A stretch of 64,000 nt of DNA from NCBI RefSeq assembly GCF_003918875.1, contig NW_025766015.1, positions 1,426,001-1,490,000 on the forward strand, given 5' to 3'. The position numbers and the translations under genes were made by a program. The notes under the pieces were generated by a model. That model was not told where the DNA came from. It made no database searches and saw only the letters and a list, made by a program, of their open reading frames with translations. Source of the DNA: Haliotis rubra. Taxonomy: Eukaryota. This document shows, one piece after another, positions 36,713 to 50,664 of the stretch. How positions within the stretch are numbered: the first letter of the stretch is position 1; each line of letters starts with the position of its first letter.

Positions 36713-37469
36713 TAAATAGAGAATACTACACGAGGTCTCATTACATACGAATTATACGAAATGAGTGTCCTTCCTATGGTATTTGACCGAGCGAAAGCAA
36801 GGTCAGATAACATAGGGAGGTCATGAGTTTCATATAATTCGTATGTAATGAGACCGAGTGTGGTATTTTATTTATTACCCACTTCTTACATGCATTAAAT
36901 TGACAAAATAGCGTATTTTTGTTATTTTTTGGTTTCAAACCGAAACAGGTTTCATAAAGAGGTTGCGGAAGAGTTTTGTACTGTAGTACAATATTTGCAT
37001 GACGTTACACTGTAATGACGTCACTGCCTTGGTAACCGACGTAACGATGCATGTCAGTTGTCATCGCCTCGTACAGCCTCCTACAGTAAACTACTCCGTA
37101 GCACCCCGTTTCTTGGTTTGCAGTTGCTTCATTCGGCTAACATCACTGGTGGAAACATTGCGTTTATGTTTTTCGATGGATATAATGTCTCAGTTCGACT
37201 CACAATTAAACAGTGACACAGCAACGTTCGCAATGTGTACATTCCCACAATGCATTTAAGTTGTAGAATGAATGAATTCACGTGTTTGTTAAGAATGAAA
37301 AAATAGTTACGTCAGAATGTGACCTAATTGAGAGGTCATCGGTTATCCAATCAAATCGTTAGAATCTCAGATCAAGTCGTTACGACACAGGTCAATGTGA
37401 TACGACACTCGTGTGACGTACGAGATTAGTATGCAACTACCCATACGTTGACCACGTGGGTAATAAATA
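36713..37469. mobile_element. Non-autonomous element with a terminal ~160-bp hairpin and an internal 14-bp inverted repeat (Crypton-like?)
   Basis: A perfect 23-bp inverted repeat (36734-36756 and 36833-36855) surrounds a GACCGAGCGAAAGCAAGGTC centre. TATTTATTACCCAC (36869-36882) is inverted at 37456-37469. The Crypton label is tentative. Confidence 0.7.
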
Positions 37470-38139
37470 GTTGTATTCTGCCGTGTTGTAATTGATTTAT
37501 GTTCAGTCAGCAATGATACAGTTATATCAGAGTGACTAGTAAATAATTATATCCTGATCATAGGATAACAACATCTGCCACAATCTGTATATATTTTGAC
37601 AGTCAAGCTAACATGAATGGCATTAAATGATGTGCCTTTCTCCCAGTTTAATATTTATCACAATACATATTTGAAATACAACATGTATTGCCATACTTAA
37701 TTCTGTGTCCATCTTTACATATCATAGTGTATAAATATTATTAAAACTTTTGAAAAACCTGAATATCTGGTCTCATATTTGAATATGAGTTTCAACATGA
37801 ATACCTTCTGCTATTAAACGGTAAACAGAATAGCAAATTACCTTTCCAGGACATACCTTAGTGCTTCTAAATCTATGTTTTCTTTACTGCAGACTGAGAC
37901 TGAACTACTTTCTGAGTTGAGCCAGTATTGCCTGGATATAAACTTCCATATTTATTTACAAAATTTCAAAACATGCATCAAATTAGTTCACGTTAGAAAA
38001 CGGACAGATCACAGTAGTCGGAGGCCAAAAGGGGCCACAGCTGTAAAGGGAGGCTAGTTCTCTTTATAAATTAGAAATTGTTTGGATCAAAATTATTTTA
38101 GACACCCCTCTTCATGATTCTTCCCACCATCATTGGTGC

Positions 38140-39330
38140 CAACATCAGCATCATCACGACCACCAACATCAGCATCATCACGACCACCAACATCAGCATC
38201 ATCACGACCATCACGACCACCAACACGACCATCATCACGCGACCACCAACATCAGCATCATCACGACCACCAACATCAGCATCATCACGACCACCAACAT
38301 CAGCATCATCACGACCACCAACATCAGCATCATCACAGACCACCAACATCAGCATCATCACAACCACCAACACGACCATCATCATCGCGACCACCAACCA
38401 CCATCATCACCATCATCATCACCACCAACATCAGCATCATCATCAATGCACCACCAACATCACCATCATCACGCACCATCACGACCATCATCAGCGTCAC
38501 CACCAACCAGTATCATCATCACCACCACCATCAGCATCATCCGACCACCAACATCACCATCATCCGACCACCAACATCAGCATCATCACGACCATCATCA
38601 TCACCACCAACCACCAACATCACCATCATCACGACCAACATCAGCATCATCATCAATGCACCATCACATCGACCATCCATCAACGACCAAACACTACATC
38701 AGCATCATCGACCACCCACCAACATCAGCATCATCACATTCATCATCGACCACCACCATCAGTATCATCATCACCACCATCACCATCACGACCACCAACA
38801 TCAGCATCATCACGACCATCATCACGACCACCAACATCAGCATCATCACGCCACCACCATCAGCATCATCAATCGACCACCAACACGACATCATCACGAC
38901 CATCATCAGCACATCACGACCATCATCACGACCACCAACACACTCACCATCATCATCACGACCATCAACACGACCATCGAAAGTAGTATATCATCATCAT
39001 CACGCACCACCATCAATACGACCACCATCAGTGTAACACCACCATCACTACATCAGCATCATCGACCACTCACCACCACCAACACCACCATCATCATCGA
39101 CCACCAACATCAGCATCATCATCGACCACCAACATCAGCATCATCATCGACCACCAACATCACCATCATCACCATCATCAATACCACCATCATCAGCATC
39201 ACCACCACCAACATCGACCACCAACATCACCATCATCACCACCAACATCACCATCATCATCGCATCACCACCAACACGCACCATCATCAACCACCATCAT
39301 CATCCACCACCACCAACACCAACATCATCA
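38140..39330. repeat. Cryptic CAN-triplet low-complexity repeat (24-bp unit at the start)
   Basis: CACCAACATCAGCATCATCACGAC units decay into mixed CAT/CAC/CAA/CAG/CGA triplets. All three + frames are largely open. Confidence 0.92.
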
Positions 39331-40058
39331 AGTGTAACACTATATAAGTATCCATGCATCCAGGTTAATTCATCTTTTTCAATATAGCAAGTGTAAAAAT
39401 CACATTCATATTTTTGTTAAAATAATGATGAATAAAGTTTTATCCTGTACTTTGGCTTAGAGGTAAATATGTTTAAACACATAATATACCTTCCCACAGA
39501 CTCATATGCCATAGTCCATTTCATTGGCACCACATTTAGACCTTTTATCCCACAGCATCAATGGATTCCAAGATTTCTTATAAACACAACAACTGTATAC
39601 ATAATTTCTTTCAGAAATTAGTGTTTATTCAACAATAATTAGACTGTATGAACATGTCTTTGAACATGCTGAGGCTCTTTTTCATCACAGTTGTCTGTTT
39701 GCACCTGCTCTTTATCATTCACTGCATGGCCTCATAATCCGTTCTATACATGTTTTATAGCGAATAAAAACTATATTGCCTGCATTGTGTAACTTAATTC
39801 CTCATCACCTGCTGTTAATTCATTACCTGATTAAACACACTACCAGACAGGATTCAAGCCACATGGATGTGAAGTAAAACAAACCCGGATTTTTTCACTG
39901 TTTACAGTGAGAAAAAAGGCACATGTAGTTGGACTCTGTTATTGGATGGTGTCACAGTTTTTTCAACAAGCCAGTTTGTGTTGAGGGACTATTGACTGAC
40001 CTGGCCAGGTGTGAAAGGATATAAATATGTCATCAATGCCTGAGTGTAGTCAAATTAC

Positions 40059-40215
40059 TTTCTTGTTTGTTTGTTGTTTAACACCACAATCAGCAACATT
40101 CAAACATTCTGCTGATCTGGGGGATTGGGATATGATAACGTGTCAACCAAGTCAGCGAGTCTGACCACTGAATCCCATAAGTCATCTCCTATAACAAGCA
40201 TGGGATGCTGTTTAG
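40059..40215 (-). mobile_element. SINE family B, deleted or degenerate copy
   Basis: The tail (ttgttgtttaacaccaca) and body (gtgtcaaccaagtcagcgagtctgacc) are present. Confidence 0.7.
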
Positions 40216-40231
40216 GAATCTCAGCTAGTGA

Positions 40232-41620
40232 CAGGTCTGGCCAACAAGTCAAGCCAACAGGTCTAACCAACAGGTCTAACAAACAGGTCTAGCCACAGGT
40301 CTACAGGTCTACCAAACAGGTCTAACGAACAGGTCTACAGGTCTAACAAACAGGTCTAACGAACAGGTCTAGCCACAGGACTAGCCAACAGGTCGTACCA
40401 ACAGGTCTAGCCACAGGTCTAACCAACAGGTCTAGCCACAGGTCTAACCAACAGGTCTAGTCACAGGTCTAACCAACAGGTCTTGCCACAGGACTAGCCA
40501 ATAAGTCTAGCCAACAGGTTTAACCATCAGGTCTAACGAACAGGTCTTGCCACAGGACTAGCCAACAGGTCTAGCCAACAGGTCTAACGAACAGGTCTAG
40601 CCACAGGTCTAACCAACAGGTCTTGCCACAGGACTAGCCAACAGGTCTAGCCACAGGTCTAACCAACAGGTCTAGCCACAGGTCTAGCCAACAGGTCTTG
40701 CCACAGGACTAGCCAACAGGTCTAACCAACGGGTCTAACTACAGGTCTAACCAACGGGTTTAACCAACAGGTCTAGCCACAGGTCTAACCAACAGCCACA
40801 GGGCTAGCCATAGGTCCAAACATAAGTCTAGCAACAGGTCTAGTCACAGGTGTAGCCACAGGTCTAGCAAACAGGTCTAACCAATAGGTCTAGCCAACAG
40901 GTCTAATGAACAGGTCTCACCACAGGTCTAGCCAGACGACAAGCCAACAGGTCTAACCATAGGCCTAACCACAGGTCTAACCAACAGGTCTAACCACAGG
41001 TCTAACTAACAGGTCTTGCCACAGGTCTAGCCAACAGGTCTAACCACAGGTCTAACTAACAGGTCTTGCCAACAGGTCTAACAAACAGGTCTTGCCACAG
41101 GATTAGCCAACAGGTCTAACCACAGGTCTAACAAACAGGTCTTGCCACAGGTCTAACCACAGGTCTAGCCAACAGGTCTAACAAACAGGTCTTGCCACAG
41201 GATTAGCCAACAGGTCTAACAAACAGATCTAGACACAGGTCTTGCCACAGGACTAGCCAACAGGTCTAGCCAACAGGTCTAACCAATAGATCTAGCAACA
41301 GGTCTAACCAACAGGTCTCGCCAACAGCCACATGACTAGCAATAGGTCCAAACATCAGTCTAGCAACAGGGTTAGCCAACAGGTCTAACATCCAGGTCTA
41401 ACCACAGGGTTAGCCAACAGGTCTAACATCCAGGTCTAACCACAGGGTTAGCCAACAGGTCTAACATCCAGGTCTAACCACAGGTGTAGCCAACAGGTCT
41501 AACCATTAGGTCTAACGAACAGGTCTCACCAACAGGTCTAGCCACAGGTCTAGTCAGAGGACAAGCCAACATGTCTAGCCAACAGGTCTAACCAACAGGT
41601 CTAGCCAACAGGTCTTGCTA
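40232..41620. repeat. 13-14-bp minisatellite
   Basis: ACAGGTCTA(G/A)CC(A)A units, about 100 imperfect copies. Confidence 0.95.
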
Positions 41621-41726
41621 CAGATCCAAATTTCTATCTGTTTAGTAATTTCAGCTAATATATTACCTCAAATATTTCCGTTGAAGTAGACTCAAAGGTT
41701 TCTGACACAGTAATTCATGCTAGTCT

Positions 41727-42150
41727 GAGTGAGTGAGTGAGTGAGTATGGTTTTACACTGCTTTTAGCAACATTCCAGAAAATAAAAATATGTTTAAACC
41801 ATTTATGTAGAAAGGATAACTGCATTATCAATTTTTTCCACAGACTCCACTAACTCACTGGCTTCATATATTCCGTTTGTGCAGTTGTACATTGTGTTTA
41901 GAACTATCTTGTAAAACGTAGTACCAGCTGTGTCAACTCATTTCCTGGCAAGGTATTTAAATAAGCAAGTTTTGCTCTTTTATCGATCCAGATTTATTTT
42001 GAAATGAAAATATGTTTAAACCATATTCCAGCAATATCATGACGGGGCCACCAAAAATGGGCTTCACACATTGTACCCATGTGGGGAATCGAACCAGGGT
42101 CTTCCGCGTGACAAGCGTAGCTTTAACCACTTGGCTACCCCACTGCCCCC
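41727..42150 (-). mobile_element. SINE family A split by an insertion of about 245 bp (41779-42024) resembling a LINE 3' UTR
   Basis: The SINE tail is at 41727-41778 and the body and head at 42025-42150. attccag is duplicated at the junctions. The insert ends aaaatatgtttaaacc, like the LINE end at 21.5 kb. Confidence 0.8.
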
Positions 42151-42924
42151 TTACGTCTTAACAAGTTCTGAATAATGCTTGGACTACACAGGAGTAACTA
42201 GAAACTCTTATCAGTGAAACGCAATTATACTCTGAACTACTCTCAAACAAACCCAAATATCTGACGCTGCATTCCAGAAATAGTAATGTTACATGAAGGC
42301 AGTCTGCAGTGCATAATAAAAAATCGTAAAACAGATACATTTCCCCCAAACCTGAATTATCCCAAGTAATGCCTTCTATGATTGTATTTTTATCTGTAAC
42401 ATAAATAATCAGAGCAAAGCATCCTTTAGCTGCACCATAACACAAACAGATCTCTAATTACAATTTTCACACTTCAATGTAACATTTACAATACATTTCC
42501 TTTATAAATCAAAATGGCTATACAACCGCCTTTTATTAAAATCTGCTTGTCAAAATGTTGAATATTTTCTTTCAAAACACTATTGTGAAAGGCAAAGCAA
42601 CACATTTGGTTTGTGAATATCAACACCTACTTCAGACATACACCAGTGAATCAAATAAACTTCAAGTTGTTTCTCCACTCTCAGGACATTGTGAAAATGT
42701 TGAATTTGAAAAATCCAGTTCTAAATTTTCCTGAAACTTCATGAAATATATAATTCTTGGCATATCACGCCATAACATGAACTAAGAGAACGAAACAAAC
42801 CTTAAATCAAGGTTATATCAATGATCATTAGTGAAGACATACATGAGAAATCTCAGTAGATTCTGAGACGAATTTCAGTCCAAGAAAATATATTTTGAGA
42901 CAGTTTTGGAATATGGTCAAAATG

Positions 42925-43089
42925 GGGGCGGTGGGGTAGCCTAGTGGTTAAAGCATTACACATGAAGGCCCGGTTCGATTCCCCACATGGGTACAATTTG
43001 TGAAGCCTATTTCTGGTGTCCCTTGCCGTGATATTGCTGGAATATTGCTAAAAACGGCGTAAAACCATACTCAGTCAGTCAGTCAGTCA
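42925..43089 (+). mobile_element. SINE family A with TSD
   Basis: 9-bp TSD gtcaaaatg (42916-42924 and 43090-43098); (agtc)n tail. Confidence 0.9.
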
Positions 43090-43332
43090 GTCAAAATGCA
43101 AGATGAAATAAAGGTCAGAATTAAAACAAAAATTGTGAAATACAGAAAACATATCCCAAATCCAACTACTAAGTACATATGCACCATATTTTTTTTATTT
43201 TTTTTAAAATAGGTAAATAAATTCCATACATAGCGTTTCCAACAAGACATTGGAAATTGGAAACAAAACCTCAAATACTCAAATACAACAAACATATATC
43301 TAGCTCATCATTGGTGGGAACAGAAGATGCTC

Positions 43333-43742
43333 TAGTGGTTGCTGATTCGATGCTATCTGCAAAATTTGAATCTGACATCTGAATCTGACATCTTAATTTC
43401 GATTTTCGATAACCATTATCACAATTTCAATTCGATATTTGAATATCTATTTCAGTTGTTTCCACACATTGAGAACATAATTTTTCATCCAACCCATGCT
43501 GTTTCCGAGCGCTGAAATTAGGCAAAACGTGATTGGTTGAAGCCGGGCTAATCATCCTATGAACATTGTTGTTGGTAGACATCGTTATGTTGACAATGGA
43601 TTTCTCTAAATAAGCCGACTCACTTGAACTCTGCGAGATACATGAAATCTGATACTATCACTTGCATGAAGAATCGAATCGAAAATGATCGATGGTCCAA
43701 AATCGAATCAAATCAAGGTCTGAGTGAATCGTTGCAGCCTTA
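43333..43742. mobile_element. Degenerate hAT-like MITE
   Basis: TTCGAT motifs cluster on the left and ATCGAA motifs on the right. The termini tagtggttgc and gcagcctta are eroded, and there is no clean TSD. Confidence 0.45.
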
Positions 43743-44869
43743 ATGCTGAAGAGAAGATGCTGAAGAAACATGCCATTACATCAGCTGAACTGACTATACT
43801 GAACAGACGAGCTATACCAATGATTTCTAAGTTTGCCTTTCAGGCACCAGAAACCATATTCTAACCACACCATAATGATTTCAACTCTGCCATCATCACT
43901 GAAACACAAGGCAGTTTGAAACTGACATCATATATTCACCTACAAGCAGAGTATCACAGGGATGTCGCAAGGCTGATACAAAGGAATCTCCCAAACACAG
44001 AGCAAATGAGATGCAAATAAGTGAAGGGTCATCGAGAAATTATATCAGGGAAATAATCGCAAGCAGCAACCATGTTCATTTACACATCATTAACACCATT
44101 TGCCACGTATGAAAAGCCTATTTGTACTCGACCTGTTATCATATGGACAATTGTGATAAAGTTCAAAGTAGCACAGGAAATTAATAACCTCTAATGTGTT
44201 TATATCTGTTTGAAGAGGACCAGGGCACCGAGATAGAGAAGCCATCTTGACAATTAAATCCACGTTTCTCCTTTGGAACACACCTAATAGATAAAATCCA
44301 TTTGTTTCATAAAGAGATCATGTATTCAAACAGGAATGTCATTTCAGAGTTTGACGATATTGTGTTTGGCTTGGAATTAATTTACTCTTCACATCTGATA
44401 GAAGTTAAGTCATCTAAACCTCTGGATACAAGCTGAAACATTAAGTTATTAGTTTGTAATTTTCTGAGAATAAATTCTCCAAATTTAGATACAGAGGGTC
44501 TGTGGTTATGATCCCTGGGAAACCTCGTACCATGGACATATTTAAACTTGAAACTGGTCCCCCGGACTCCTGTGATATCGTGTTGACAGACTGAAGCATA
44601 GTTATTGCCTTGAATGACATTTACAGGCATTTTAAGGAAAATTTTAAAAAAAATTGTCCAGTTCATTTCTATTCTTCATTTAATAGTCATTCTCCGAATA
44701 TTTAAATAAGAACTAATGCTGACTCTTGTAGAGCCGACATGACCAAGGGATAGATAGATCAAGGTTTTCAAGCTTTGTACATGTAACAAGAAATTTTTGA
44801 AATTTTTGGAAGCATGTTCCAAGGTATTTCAACCACTTTTAAACCATTTTACAATAAAGCTTTTGAATA

Positions 44870-45163
44870 GGTGAGGTGAAACTGGGTTTAACATCGTGCT
44901 TGAGAATATTTCTCTCATATGATGACGTGCATGCGTGTGTATGTGTATGTGCGGCTGCTTGTACTAGCCCAGACTGAAGCTGGTTTTATAGTGCTAGCCC
45001 ACTGAGATACCATGCCGCAGTGAAGCATGAATACCCCACTCAGACACATGATACTGACTTCGAGCCGACCAGTCCTTGTTGTACCCATTAATGCCGAGCA
45101 CCAGGCAGGGACCAAAAAGTACAATATTTTAACGTCTTTTGGTATGACGCGGAGGCGGTACGA
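44870..45163 (-). mobile_element. SINE family C copy lacking most of its tRNA head
   Basis: Homologous to 20284-20632; 9-bp TSD ttttgaata (44861-44869 and 45164-45172). Confidence 0.88.
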
Positions 45164-45458
45164 TTTTGAATAACCCACACACTAGAAACAGTAAACTTAA
45201 GGTCTCTTGGTTGTAGTAATAAGACAGTTGTAAAGAAAGATGTGCCAAACAAAATGTTGAAACATCGAGTTATTTTCTAAAGTGATCACATTACCGATGG
45301 CATATCAATACCAGTAATAGCAGGTGTATTTTTTTCTATTTCATGATCAATCATTGGTTAAAATGGTGGCTTGGAAAGTTATTCTGTGCCTAAAACTGCA
45401 AATGCAATGCTGGGTATGTATTTCTATCTTGGATACACAGTGGCCACAAGAACAATGA

Positions 45459-45603
45459 GAGTGAGTATGATTCTACGCCGCTTTTAGCAATATTCCAGCA
45501 ATATCATGGTGCGGGACACCAGAAATGGGCTTCACACATTGTACCCATGTGGGGAATTGAACACAGGTCTTCTGAGTGACGAGCGGACGCTTTAACCACT
45601 AGC
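45459..45603 (-). mobile_element. SINE family A
   Basis: Tail, body and most of the head are present. Confidence 0.85.
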
Positions 45604-46431
45604 CTCCTCCATAGTTGTCGATTATTTAAATCTAAATGTATCATTTGAAAAACACTTTTTACATGACGTCACGGAATAGGTAATCATAAAGTAATTGGAA
45701 ATATTTTCCAAAGGTTCCAACGTTAACAACTAATTGTCAAAATAACAACTCTCATATATCTTATCAGAATTAATTCATTAGAAATGGAAACAAAGAAAGC
45801 ACACTTTTATTACACCACAAATTACCAACCAAAAAATCCAGGACATATTTTGTTATTTTACGACCAAACAAATATACTCCTTGTTGTACAAGTGTGAAAT
45901 AACTCTGATAACGCCCCATATGTTACCACTTTAATTAAGCATGTTCGTCCACTCCCATTTAACAACCCTCTCTGGGGACATTAATTACAGACACTATCTC
46001 TATCATGTCAATTGAGCAACCAAATATCACAACTTGACCTTGCATTAGCCGGCCTCTTGCATTAAAGTGGCTCCACCTAGTGAGCCGCTGAAAGCACAAG
46101 ATCAAAGGAACAACAAAATAATCTCTGTCAACATACCAGAATTTCACCTAACCTTTGACCTGGCAGTCTAGTGACATCATATTTACACTGGATTATAGAG
46201 TGGAGTTGTATTCAATGTCTTCCTCATTTGGAATCAACATATACTTATCATGCTCATATCATTTCAACCTGTTTATTTAAACTCTTTTCTCAATCAAAAT
46301 GCATTTATTCAAATAGCTACAAAGAACAAGACTCTGGGAAAACAAAAAAAAAGGTTCAGGAAATAAATGAAACCCCAAAAATATTTTCTTCCAGGGTTAA
46401 TAAAATTTTTTACTCCCATTACATGCTTTCA

Positions 46432-47275
46432 CCAGCTGAAAACAGTTGTGCTCTGGCCATATTGGCCCATCTGAAAACAGCTGTACCTCGGCCACATTGG
46501 CACATCTGAAAACAGCTGTACCCTGGTCATGTTGGCCCATCTGAAAACAGCTGTACCCTGGCCATATTGGCCCATCTGAAAACAGCTGTACCCCGGCCAT
46601 ATTGGCCCATCTGAAAACAGCTGTACCCTTGTCATGTTGGCCCATCTGAAAACAGCTATACCCGGCCATGTTGGCCCATCTGCAGTGTAGGAAAGATGTA
46701 GAAAATCTAGCCTGTCCACAGGACTGGCAGGTCAAATTTTTTACCAGTCCTGCCAAAATCTAGCCTGTCCTCCGAATATAAATAAAACACCTTCGGCAGT
46801 AAATATTCAAAAAGGTTATAATCATTATATATATGTCATTGGTTTGCTAAAATTGACCCGACATGAGGACGGACTAGATATTTTTTTAACCCGTCCGTCC
46901 ACAAAATTCACCCGTCTCAGACGTTGGGACGGGCTATCTTTCCTACACTGCCATCTGGAAACAGCTGTACCACGGCCACATTGGCACATCTGAAAACAGC
47001 TTTACCCCGGCCATGTTGGCCCATCTGAAAACAGCTTTACCTCAGCCACATTGGCCCATCTGAAAACAGCTGTACCACAGCCATGTTGGCCCATCTGAAA
47101 ACAGCTTTACCCCGGCTATGTTGGCCCATCTGGAAACAGCTGTACCACAGCCACATTGGCACATCTGGAAACAGCTGTACCATGGCCACATTGGCCCATC
47201 TGGAAACAGCTGTACCTTGGCCAAATTGGCCCATCTGGAAATAGTTGTACTCCAGTCATGTTGGCCCATCTGAAA
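46432..47275. repeat. 35-bp tandem repeat interrupted by a MITE
   Basis: The unit is TTGGCCCATCTG(A/G)AAACAGCTGTACCCNGGCCA(T/C)(A/G). Confidence 0.92.
46683..46950. mobile_element. hAT-like MITE (268 bp)
   Basis: Perfect 15-bp TIR CAGTGTAGGAAAGAT. ccatctg is duplicated on both sides, giving 7 bp of a probable 8-bp TSD. Confidence 0.88.
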
Positions 47276-48249
47276 TTTATTGTGTTGTGTCCATTGTTTG
47301 TTTCGTTCCAGACACCCACTCCTTCCGACCCAGCCCAAAGAAGCTACTGTTAACTCTATCCTCTCCCCACCCAACTTTCCATTTGTCAACCCCCAGGGTA
47401 AAACCCTAAAAATATATCTACCCAAAATGAACCATTCTGACCTTCTTGCTCCTCAAAGATTTAATAAAGAGGGCAATAGTTGACGACAATACATCCTGAT
47501 GATCTGCATGACATTAGTGTCAACTTCGTAGAGACGTAACCATAACAACCTTACCAAATGTCGTCCGTGTTATTCACATAATCATGTGAAGTCACAAACA
47601 CCCTGCGTCCCACAAACAAGCCATCACTACAGTGTCATTACTCTCACACCAACACAAGCCAGGGGTTGATACTTAATCCATTTAATTTACATTTGCTTTA
47701 CTTTGGTGATGGCGAGACCTACACAGAGATTAAGAGATGACCGGTCAGACAGGCAACTGCACGACCTTCCCACTTGGCTGGTTTGAATGTTTACGATCAG
47801 ACTTGGAGATAGTGTATGTCCACTACTTGGAATTCTGGGATACACATAAGCTAGAAGGACACAGGCGTAACATGTACAATCACTCCGGAGATAAAGAATA
47901 TGCATTTCTAGAGTTGCAGGCTGTATGGTGTATTCTATAGCTGAGAATTTCACGAGTGCTTGATCAGTGTAAGACGAAAGTTTTCAATGTTAATATTTCT
48001 GGACATTGAATACAAAAACATTTCAAAACACATCAAGGTCATCTCCCAGATATTTCATTCATGTAAACCTTTTGTAAAACTGAATATAATATTTTTAAAA
48101 TTTGGGATTAAGAAAATGATTTTTCTCAAGAAAGATATTCATGTACAGTGAAACCATATAATCATATTTCATAACTAACCATGTTGTAGCAGACAGGCAA
48201 TCAATTGCCGGAATATTGTCCAGCTACAACTAGTCATTCCTCCATCATA

Positions 48250-48540
48250 ACTACATTACTTTTCCTAAACCACCATCTAACTTACTAGGGTAGCACTTCG
48301 GGTTTAATACTCTCTACACGTTGAAGACATTTAGTGCCAGATCCTTGAAACACTCAGCTGCTGTGCTATGGAACTCTCTTCTCCTTTACCCCAGACGGTT
48401 CCTTCCTTGACTACCTTTAAGTCTGGTCTAAGATCCATCTGTTTCATAATCACCGACAACTGTTCATCTTTTTAGTTGCATTAGCTTAGAGCATCTCTGT
48501 GTGGGGTGGAGTTCAGTGCCATATAAGCGTCCTTATTAAA
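48250..48540 (+). mobile_element. L2-like LINE 3' fragment
   Basis: The decayed translation TLKTFSARSLKHSAAVLWNSL...LTTFKSGL..HLF matches the L2 ORF2 C-terminus pattern (R.F...A..LWN.LP...FK..LKT.LF). Confidence 0.65.
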
Positions 48541-49096
48541 ACAAATTTCTACATGTATTCATAAGGGCTGGCTCCAGTGTGGGCATTTCGTAACTTTGTC
48601 AATATATATTCCTAAATTGGAATTTGGCTTTGTGGAAGTAACTTTCACTTCACAAACAAATTTGAGCCAATTTTACCTAAACAGCCTGCCCAGTGAACAT
48701 TGTTTGGAATATTCGATAATCTTGTGACATATTCAGATATTTCACCAAAAGCACCCAAACCTGATTGTATACAACATATTGTGCACATGTGTTGAAAGTA
48801 ACCATATCATTTTGGTTTGTTCTGCAAATTGTGTCCCATCACAAGGCATTACAGTGATGGCAAAGAGGGGCGATAGGAGGGTGAACACACCCTCTCATCC
48901 ACTAAACAAACACCTACCACAAACACCAGGCTGTAACAACTGATTCATCTTTGTTCAGACAAATACACGAAATGACATGTTTAAGCCCTCCGAATTGAAG
49001 ATCATTGGCTCTGATGAGATTTATGTTAATTTTTATACCTCATGAGCTTAAAAGTGGTCTTTTTTTTGTTTTTTTAAGCTCAATGTTTGTTTATTT

Positions 49097-49336
49097 CATT
49101 GTTTGTTGTTTAATACCGCACTCAGCAATATTCCAGCTATATGGCAGCAGCCTGTAAATAATCGAGTCTGGACCAGACAATCCAGTGATCAACAGCATGA
49201 GCATCAATCTACACAACTGGGATGCGATGACATGTTTCAACGAAGTCGGTGAGCCTGACCACCCGATCCCGATAGTCGCCTCTTTTTGACAAGCACAGAT
49301 TACTGAAGACTAATTCTAACCCAGATGTTCAGGGGT
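49097..49336 (-). mobile_element. SINE family B, full length
   Basis: Same 5' start (ACCCCTGAAC...), body and tail as 33403-33642. Confidence 0.88.
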
Positions 49337-50664
49337 TTTAGCCCAAGGGCTTACATGTATACTTAAGACTTTAGTACTGTCAGAGGCTTCCATACTTCTG
49401 TCATTGCTCTCTTTTCTTGATGATTGATGTTGGGTGTTTCATGGTACTTTTGAATCAGAAAAAGAGTTGACTCACTGACATCAAATGATATCGGAATCTT
49501 TAGGGCTAAATAACATTCAGTCTGCAAAGATTATGAAACTAATACTTAGCCCTTGCAGATGCTTTCCAGAACCAGTAGCTACCAGTTGGAAAATCTTGAT
49601 AAATGCCAAGGCCAATTTTGGGTACGCAAGTCATCAAACTGTCCCCATTACAACACACTGCCCTGAACATATTTCCCGAACTGAAGGGGCAACAATTTCA
49701 ACAAGTTTCTAAGCTGTGCGGCCTTTCCTGTTTTTGTAGATTTCACAAGACAGGTGTAAGTCAACATCGGGACACGGAGACGGACAATCCCTATGGTCAA
49801 GGAGGTTACCGTTTTACAGTCTTAAAGTTCACAGGGGTGAGGACCTTTCTGGGCAAACAAGTGTGGACAATTGATCAGCACAAAACTGTGGTTTTCGTCA
49901 TATTTGTCTATACTAAGAGTATTATCATTGTGAGAACAAGCTGCAAATTGGCTCAATGTTTGTGAATGTTGTTAATGTCTGAATGTGGACTACTCTTTAC
50001 TTTGAAACAATTAGAAGTGAAGTATTTGCTTGGCAGATACATGCTACTGATATGAAATGTGAAAGATGAAATCACTGATCTGCAGGGTTTTATTTACACT
50101 GGCTGGGAAGCTGATATTCAGACCCAGGTCTACAGCAAATGGCAGTAAAATTCACTCACCTGAACAATTATTCCAGAGTCGTTCTTGTTAAGACTAATGT
50201 CATAACTTTGTATACTGTTTCAATGACTTTCACTGATAACATTACATTAATATTGTTATGTGCTACAGTTTTAGTTGGATATAATGGAATTCAATGTTAA
50301 GTTTAAATACATTTAAATTTCAACAAAATGTCAAATTTGAACATTTTGTATGACTGTATGCAAATCTTAATTATTGGAGACTCAAACAGACAGACAGACA
50401 GAGTGGGTCTCAATGACGCCACTGCACATTTTCGGTGACAATACATTCTGAAAGGGCCTGTTGCTGGTCTGACAGTATGAAACACACAGAGACATTTACT
50501 TCATACATTAATAGGTCTCAATATGATACACTTTAATTGAAGAAGGGGATCAACACACCTATGTTCAATATGGTATACCTTACCACTTTAATACTTGCAT
50601 GTATCAATATGATCCACTTCATTTTAAGAAGAGCAAGTACCATTATGACATACACCATACTTAT

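Noticed and set aside
38114-39347. His/Thr/Ser-rich ORFs up to 404 aa
   Set aside because: CAN-triplet low-complexity DNA, open in all three frames by composition, and antisense within an intron.
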